From: Candidatus Nomurabacteria bacterium
GTDB lineage: Bacteria; Patescibacteriota; Minisyncoccia; Phycocordibacterales; UBA9973
NCBI GenBank assembly: GCA_023267375.1
Contig: JAHFNJ010000003.1
Coordinates: 28,579 to 92,578, forward strand
Direction: 5' to 3'
Length of the DNA: 64,000 nt
Shown here: positions 58,766 through 64,000 of the stretch, one piece after another
Position numbering within the stretch: the stretch's first letter is position 1
Layout: every line of letters begins with the position of its first letter
Program-made: the position numbers and the translations under genes
The notes under the pieces: model-generated
The model's input: the letters and a program-made list of their open reading frames with translations, nothing else
Database searches by the model: none
What the model was told of the DNA's origin: nothing

Positions 58766-59455
58766 TCAATTCGATTTGTAACCCACATCTTCAATCATAA
58801 CCACTAACCCCGGCAACACACTGCTGATGTTACTCATTCCTTTGTAAAGCTCTTCAATGGCTTTATTCACCTCAGGAAGCGCCTGCACAGGGAAAGAAGT
58901 CATGCGATCAATTAAAGCACTCCTGAATAACCACATGTTACCAAAAGTGATTGCGGTGGGATGTTTCTCCTGTAGGAAAATAGCAACATTTCTCAATTCT
59001 ACAGTAGGCAAAAACTCTCTTTCCAACTTGAGCGCATTTTTATAAATGGCTACAGTATTTTCTGCAAGTTGGTCAATTGTCTCAATAGAAGTCTGGGTCG
59101 TCCATAAAAAGTAGGCGTTCCGGAAAACTGCAACAATATCAGCTTGCAGTTGCCGAATATGGACATCTTCTTCCGAGACTAGTGTGTGCAGAAGAGTATC
59201 TAAAGATGCTTCTTCTTCACCTGCGGTCTTTTTGGAACTGAAACGTTTCCAGGGGATAAAGAACGCTGCGAGGTATGCCACGGCAACAATACCTGTAGCC
59301 AGTGGGTGCTCGTTTTTGGTTTGCCATGCAATTGCAAGCAAAACAACAGAAATAAAGAATTGGCTCCACTGAGTCTTGCGTGCAGTGCGAGAAGACACGA
59401 TAACGGGATTAGTTTTTTTCATAACGGGGGGGTTTTTGGTTTTAAAAATGAACAA
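58766..59455 (-). CDS. Hypothetical membrane protein; C7 homopolymer within codons 9-11
   Basis: 229 aa; two TM helices; 'NPPV' encoded by aaC CCC CCC gtt (59426-59432). Confidence 0.45.
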   Translation of the reverse strand: MFIFKTKNPPVMKKTNPVIVSSRTARKTQWSQFFISVVLLAIAWQTKNEHPLATGIVAVAYLAAFFIPWKRFSSKKTAGEEEASLDTLLHTLVSEEDVHIRQLQADIVAVFRNAYFLWTTQTSIETIDQLAENTVAIYKNALKLEREFLPTVELRNVAIFLQEKHPTAITFGNMWLFRSALIDRMTSFPVQALPEVNKAIEELYKGMSNISSVLPGLVVMIEDVGYKSN

Positions 59456-59559
59456 TTAAACGATTTATTTGACTTATTTCGCCAGTGATTGTAATACAAT
59501 TTTTAGGTAAAGTCAAGAACCCGCCTTTTGGGCAGGTTTGGATTGAAACTAAAGGGTTT

Positions 59560-61275
59560 TTACATCCTTTCGGGGGCAGTAATACCAAGGAGTGCAAGCC
59601 CACTCTCGAGGACCGTACCGACAGCTGTCGCCAAAGAGAGTTTATACGGGGTCGCATCACTATCATCTAAAATCTTGGTACTATCATAAAAACTACTCCA
59701 AGCACGGGCAAGACTGCCCAAATACGAAGCGATATGATGCGGCGCATATTCCCTGCTTGCACGTAATGCAGTATCGGGGAATCGTGAAAGCAATCGTTCA
59801 AGTACTGTTGTCTGCCATTCTTTTGGAAGTGACGCATCTACTGAAACCTTTTCATTCTGTGCTTTTGCAAGCACTGATTTTACACGCGTCGCACTGTACT
59901 GCAAATACGGCCCAGAATCACCTTCGAATGAAATAGATTTTTCGAAATCGTAAATAATATCTCCTCCAACGGCTTGGCGAAGTATCGAATATTTGAGTGC
60001 ACCGACTCCGACAATCGCACTGACAGTTTCTTTTTCTTCCGCAGTAAAATCACGATCAGCAATTTTTTCCATGATCATCGCTTTTGAATCACGCACAAGC
60101 GACTCGCCAGTAATGATATTTCCTTTTCGAGAACTCATCTTCCCTTCTGCAAAGCGCATCATACCGTGCGTAATATGCTTCATTTTTTCTGCGTACTCTG
60201 GCTTAAGCAATGACATCGCTTTTTCTACCACCTTCATATATTCAGCCTGTTCAACTGCTGTATCGACAATAGAAAGATCAAGATTTTGTTCTTTTGCAAA
60301 TTTGGTCATCGTGAGACCGATTTCTTTTGTCTCGTACGTAGGCAAACCTTGCGAGTTTATGAATACGCGTGTATGAAGCTTTGGATCGTACTTGTCAGCT
60401 TTGAACACAATCGCGCCATCACTTTCTTCAAACACTGGCCCGACATTTTCTTGTACTATCTTTTGCCCAATCGGCGCCATTTCGCTCTCGAAAAAGTAGT
60501 AGTCGAATTTTGTTCCAAGTATCGCGTATAGTTCTTCAAATGCATCGAGTGTTACCTTTCTCCCCCAGTCGTATACCTTATTTATTTCCTCATCGCTCTT
60601 TTCGTAGATTTTTTTATTGATCGCATCAATTTCTTTTTTTGTTTCAGGATCCTCCTCGTATGCTTGCGAACCTTGGGAATAGCACTTACCGATATATTCC
60701 GCTTGCGAAGATGCGGTTGTCAGTTCAGCCGGTGCTGGATTTTTTAGTAAAATATAAATCGCTTTTGCCACATGTGGACCAACATCACCTTGATAGTTTG
60801 CACGTACAGTTTTTGCTCCACTCCATTCGACGAGCCGTGCGAGTGATTCCCCGACCGCATTCGACATAAGGTGTCCAATATGAAATGGCTTGAATGGATT
60901 CGGTTGCGTATATTCCACCATCACTTTTTTGCCTTTCAGGCTTTCATTTTTCCCGAACTCTTTTCCTTCTTTCACAATTTGTCCGATAGTACCAGCAAAG
61001 AATTGCGGGGCAAGATAAAAATTGATAAACCCAGGACCAGCTACTTCCATTTTCGTGATATCCACTGGCTTATTCTTTTCAATTTCAGCCACGATTTTCT
61101 CAGCCAATTCACGAGGATTAACCCCTGCCTTTTTGGCACAGGCAAGCGCTATGTTCGTCGAAAAATCGCCGTGTTCCATGTCGGCTGGATATTCAAGCTG
61201 TATGGTTTCAAAGGGAATTTTAAGGTTTCCGAGAATCCCCTCTAACAATGTGATAATCATCTCTTTCATGCACAA
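59560..61275 (-). CDS. argS: Arginyl-tRNA synthetase
   Basis: 571 aa; 'HIGHLMSNAVGESLARLVEWSGAKTVRANYQGDVGPHVAK'; C-terminal DALR-like anticodon-binding domain. Confidence 0.85.
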   Translation of the reverse strand: MCMKEMIITLLEGILGNLKIPFETIQLEYPADMEHGDFSTNIALACAKKAGVNPRELAEKIVAEIEKNKPVDITKMEVAGPGFINFYLAPQFFAGTIGQIVKEGKEFGKNESLKGKKVMVEYTQPNPFKPFHIGHLMSNAVGESLARLVEWSGAKTVRANYQGDVGPHVAKAIYILLKNPAPAELTTASSQAEYIGKCYSQGSQAYEEDPETKKEIDAINKKIYEKSDEEINKVYDWGRKVTLDAFEELYAILGTKFDYYFFESEMAPIGQKIVQENVGPVFEESDGAIVFKADKYDPKLHTRVFINSQGLPTYETKEIGLTMTKFAKEQNLDLSIVDTAVEQAEYMKVVEKAMSLLKPEYAEKMKHITHGMMRFAEGKMSSRKGNIITGESLVRDSKAMIMEKIADRDFTAEEKETVSAIVGVGALKYSILRQAVGGDIIYDFEKSISFEGDSGPYLQYSATRVKSVLAKAQNEKVSVDASLPKEWQTTVLERLLSRFPDTALRASREYAPHHIASYLGSLARAWSSFYDSTKILDDSDATPYKLSLATAVGTVLESGLALLGITAPERM

Positions 61276-61322
61276 AAGTGTACCCTAGAATGGGTAAAAT
61301 AAAAAGCGGTAGATATTTTATA

Positions 61323-62246
61323 TCATATCCCCGCTTTCTCATCATTACTATTATTTTTTATGCGTACATCTCCCAATTGAGCACTTTGAAGTATTTTATT
61401 TCCTTCAATAAAACACTCTTTGTACTTGAGCGTTTTCTCATCAACAACTCCAGGAAAATCAGCATCCTGCAAAATATCACTGTGCCTCCTAAAAGCGCTT
61501 GAAACGAGCGGCGCCACACCAAAGACAAGGAGTGAAATTTCTTTATTTCTGAGATCAAACACTTTTCTTAATAGTGCACAAATGATTGTACGCGGATGCG
61601 ACACCTCACTCTTATTCGATATTTCACTGAAAAATCGCTCCGGATGAATGAAGTACCGTTCAGTCAAAAAATCAGTGAGTTGCTTAAGTGCATCAAAGAA
61701 TTCACCCGTAAAATGCTTCAGAAATTCACTCTTATCGTAAAACTGCCCCGTCGCATCAAGGGGAATCATTGCTCCACGCGAATCTGCAGTTTCAGTGATA
61801 AGCATCTTGGTTTTTAATTCCCCTGTCCCTGGATTATGATCATCAGTATCAATATATCCAAGTTCCTGTAACTTTTGGGAAATTTTCTTGTCGACAGGCA
61901 CAGCTAGTTCATGATACGTACTATGCTGTTCATACTCTTTACGACTAATCATAAAGAAATACCCCGTCCGCTCAGTCATGCTGAATTTCTCAAAAAGAGC
62001 ATTATACTCAGGTAGCGTGCATTCTCTTTTGAAAAACTGATGGAAATATATTCCAAAAAGACGCAGTAGTACATAGCGTTGCACAGAAGACAGACGCAAG
62101 AGATACGTATCACCTTCAACAATCAGGACTCCTGGATAACACTCAATTAATACACCGACGAAAATATCCAATAATTTTTCCGCAGTGAGATCTTTGTGTA
62201 CCGCAATAGATAGTGGTACTTTGATAACAAATTCATAGACTCTCAT
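61323..62246 (-). CDS. Hypothetical protein
   Basis: 307-aa clean ORF, no motif recognised. Confidence 0.4.
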   Translation of the reverse strand: MRVYEFVIKVPLSIAVHKDLTAEKLLDIFVGVLIECYPGVLIVEGDTYLLRLSSVQRYVLLRLFGIYFHQFFKRECTLPEYNALFEKFSMTERTGYFFMISRKEYEQHSTYHELAVPVDKKISQKLQELGYIDTDDHNPGTGELKTKMLITETADSRGAMIPLDATGQFYDKSEFLKHFTGEFFDALKQLTDFLTERYFIHPERFFSEISNKSEVSHPRTIICALLRKVFDLRNKEISLLVFGVAPLVSSAFRRHSDILQDADFPGVVDEKTLKYKECFIEGNKILQSAQLGDVRIKNNSNDEKAGI

Positions 62247-62306
62247 GTTGTCAATTTTTTACAAGTTTATTTTTCTTATTTCTACGCTAAAAAACGTAAA
62301 ATGTCA

Positions 62307-62342
62307 AAGCCCCGCGCTCGAGTATGAGCGCGGGGCTTTTTG
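62307..62342. terminator. Strong GC hairpin terminator between dut and the upstream gene
   Basis: aaagccccgcgctcgagtatgagcgcggggcttttt. Confidence 0.7.
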
Positions 62343-62382
62343 TCTACTTAGAACATTAGAAATTAGTTATTAGACATTTCTC

Positions 62383-62808
62383 CTACTTCTTCCCTGTCGA
62401 TCCCTCCCTTCCTTCCCCGCGGACTGTCTCCGTAAGATCGACGACTTCTTCAATATCGCAATGTTCAAATTTTTGGATAATCATCTGCGCAACCTTGTGT
62501 CCTTTCGGTAAAGTGTACGGCACAGTTGAAAGATTAATAAGATTCATGATGATCTCTCCGCGATAGCCAGCATCAATGACACCACCCATTGTTTTTAAAC
62601 CATGATTGAATGAGATGCTCGATTTATCCCAAATGAGTCCAACGTGTCCTTCAGGAATCTCCACCGCAATACCTGTGTGCACCCGCGCTTGTGCGCCTGG
62701 TGCAAAAACAACGTCTTCCGCCGCATAAAAATCCATCCCCGCATCGCCCGGATGTCCGTGCGTTGGCAATTTTGCATCGCTGTTTATTTTTTTAACTTTG
62801 AGTTTCAT
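62383..62808 (-). CDS. dut: dUTP diphosphatase
   Basis: 141 aa; 'PGDAGMDFYA…', 'GVIDAGYRGEI…' dUTPase motifs. Confidence 0.85.
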   Translation of the reverse strand: MKLKVKKINSDAKLPTHGHPGDAGMDFYAAEDVVFAPGAQARVHTGIAVEIPEGHVGLIWDKSSISFNHGLKTMGGVIDAGYRGEIIMNLINLSTVPYTLPKGHKVAQMIIQKFEHCDIEEVVDLTETVRGEGREGSTGKK

Positions 62809-63331
62809 ACATTTCTTTGATTATTTCTAGTTTAAGCGGAAACGAAAGGAGAAAATCTCCAGGTTTTTCTTTGGCCCATTTTTCTAAATCAGGCAGGTTC
62901 ACCCATTTGATTTCAGCTACTTCATCTTCCTGTAAGGATAATTTTTCCGAAGAATCAATCCTTACAGAATAGAAACTTACAAAACGCCGAGCTATCGCAT
63001 TTTCATAAAAAAGTTTTCTATAAAAAACAGGTCTGATGTTTTTTAAGCCAACTTCTTCTTCGGCTTCTTTCACAACAGTCGCATCATAGTCATAACCCTC
63101 ATCCACTGTTCCTTCTACGGCGGGACCCCACATATTAGGATCCAACTTTTTTGTTGCGTGTCGTTTCGCAATCAATACTTCATCTTTTTCATTAAAAATG
63201 TTGAGTGTAACAATACGACGAATATCCTCCCGGGTTGTCTCTTCGCGTTCTTTATAACCTATAATGTTGTCCTCCTGATCAACAATTGGAATTTTCATAG
63301 TAGATTTAATTGTAACATAATTTATATGCAT
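62792..63331 (-). CDS. NUDIX hydrolase
   Basis: 179 aa; 'GPAVEGTVDEGYDYDATVVKEAEEEVGL' Nudix box. Confidence 0.6.
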   Translation of the reverse strand: MHINYVTIKSTMKIPIVDQEDNIIGYKEREETTREDIRRIVTLNIFNEKDEVLIAKRHATKKLDPNMWGPAVEGTVDEGYDYDATVVKEAEEEVGLKNIRPVFYRKLFYENAIARRFVSFYSVRIDSSEKLSLQEDEVAEIKWVNLPDLEKWAKEKPGDFLLSFPLKLEIIKEMYETQS

Positions 63332-63384
63332 TGACTTTTATATATTGTATAGTATAATAGTACAAATACTAAATCCATACAGAT

Positions 63385-63753
63385 ATGAAAAATGTTCCCC
63401 AAAAAGGCTTTGACGCCTCTACAAACACCTTAAACGATAATAAGTTTATCGGTAGCACTGGAAAAGGTGCCGCGGATATGGACCCCATTGAAAGAAACTG
63501 TCATTTTTGCTTTTACAGAAATGAAGGAGAACCAAGTGATCCAATTTTTAAGCACACAGTGAACGGAAAAGAGGTGTTTGGCATCAATGCTGAACTTGAG
63601 CCAGGTGCCGGAAATTGCTCAATCGGTGAAGAAGGAGATACCGCAAAAAAACTCTTCGGATACACAGCACAAGATATCATGCCAACCAAGATTGATGGTA
63701 AAGAGGTTGGGAATTTTTGTTCCCATTGGTTTGATTTTCGCCGTGCAGAGTAG
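63385..63753 (+). CDS. Small Cys-containing hypothetical protein
   Basis: 122 aa; CxxC…C…C; terminator follows. Confidence 0.4.
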   Translation: MKNVPQKGFDASTNTLNDNKFIGSTGKGAADMDPIERNCHFCFYRNEGEPSDPIFKHTVNGKEVFGINAELEPGAGNCSIGEEGDTAKKLFGYTAQDIMPTKIDGKEVGNFCSHWFDFRRAE

Positions 63754-63772
63754 ACGATCTCAATTTAAACAA

Positions 63773-63815
63773 AGGGCTGGTGAATTTTTAATTCGTCAGC
63801 CCTTTCGTCTTTTAC
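63773..63815 (+). terminator. Terminator hairpin after 63385..63753
   Basis: gggctggtgaatttttaattcgtcagccc plus T-run. Confidence 0.5.
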
Positions 63816-63822
63816 AGCAGAT

Positions 63823-64000
63823 TACCTTTTTAAAACTTTTTTAACATTTTCATATACCATTCCATGAATCATTTCTCGTGACAACAACGCTCCATCTGGC
63901 GCACAATCAATTTTGGCAAAATTGTTGAGCTCTTTCACGAGCTTGAGTGCGCTCTGGCGAGAATTTTCCATAAACTGCATATCGCTCTCATGCACATCTT
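63823..64000 (-). CDS. C-terminal fragment of a gene running off the window end
   Basis: Open frame '…QFMENSRQSALKLVKELNNFAKIDCAPDGALLSREMIHGMVYENVKKVLKR*' to the window edge. Confidence 0.3.

Overview
The window has the character of a small, AT-rich, gene-dense bacterial genome, possibly Patescibacteria/CPR-like. That taxonomic guess rests only on the gene content listed below. All domain and family assignments come from motifs I recognise in the supplied translations; no searches were run.

Coordinates ~1-3600 (minus strand) are the 5' ~2.6 kb of a 23S rRNA gene. It is interrupted at two classic group I intron homing sites, the E. coli-equivalent positions L1931 and L2593. The L2593 insertion (~28-612) contains an intact tRNA-Ile(GAU) gene and a CTAG-rich ~75-bp repeat; a second copy of that repeat lies between ssb and rpsR at ~39.2 kb.

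The rest is mostly minus-strand housekeeping genes:
- purH, rplJ-rplL, rpsF-ssb-rpsR, efp, recA, ftsK, recO, dut and tatD.
- The tRNA synthetases metG, glyQS, ileS and argS.
- A cluster of small hydrolases.
- A large cell-envelope and glycosylation locus at ~9.5-31 kb: two giant surface proteins with peptidoglycan-binding domains, a beta-helix protein, a sugar-phosphate transferase, six family-2 glycosyltransferases, galE, a cytidylyltransferase, an O-antigen-ligase-like protein with TPR repeats, and a glycine-rich secreted protein.

The most unusual items are:
1. Inside the glycosylation locus, an operon-like module encodes a PqqD-like peptide-recognition protein, an HPr-kinase-related P-loop kinase and an NTP_transf_5-type nucleotidyltransferase fused to a MOP-type flippase, interleaved with two short family-2 glycosyltransferases.
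2. ileS has a complete histidine-phosphatase (phosphoglycerate-mutase family) domain inserted into its catalytic core. It also has a T-box leader and a small in-frame duplication.
3. A 1.44-kb insertion carrying a 406-aa hypothetical gene is flanked by an imperfect 53-bp duplicate of the recO 5' end. Six of the seven differences between the copies are synonymous third-codon-position changes.
4. The 23S carries an intron-like insertion that contains a tRNA gene.

No CRISPR array, transposase or integrase was seen.
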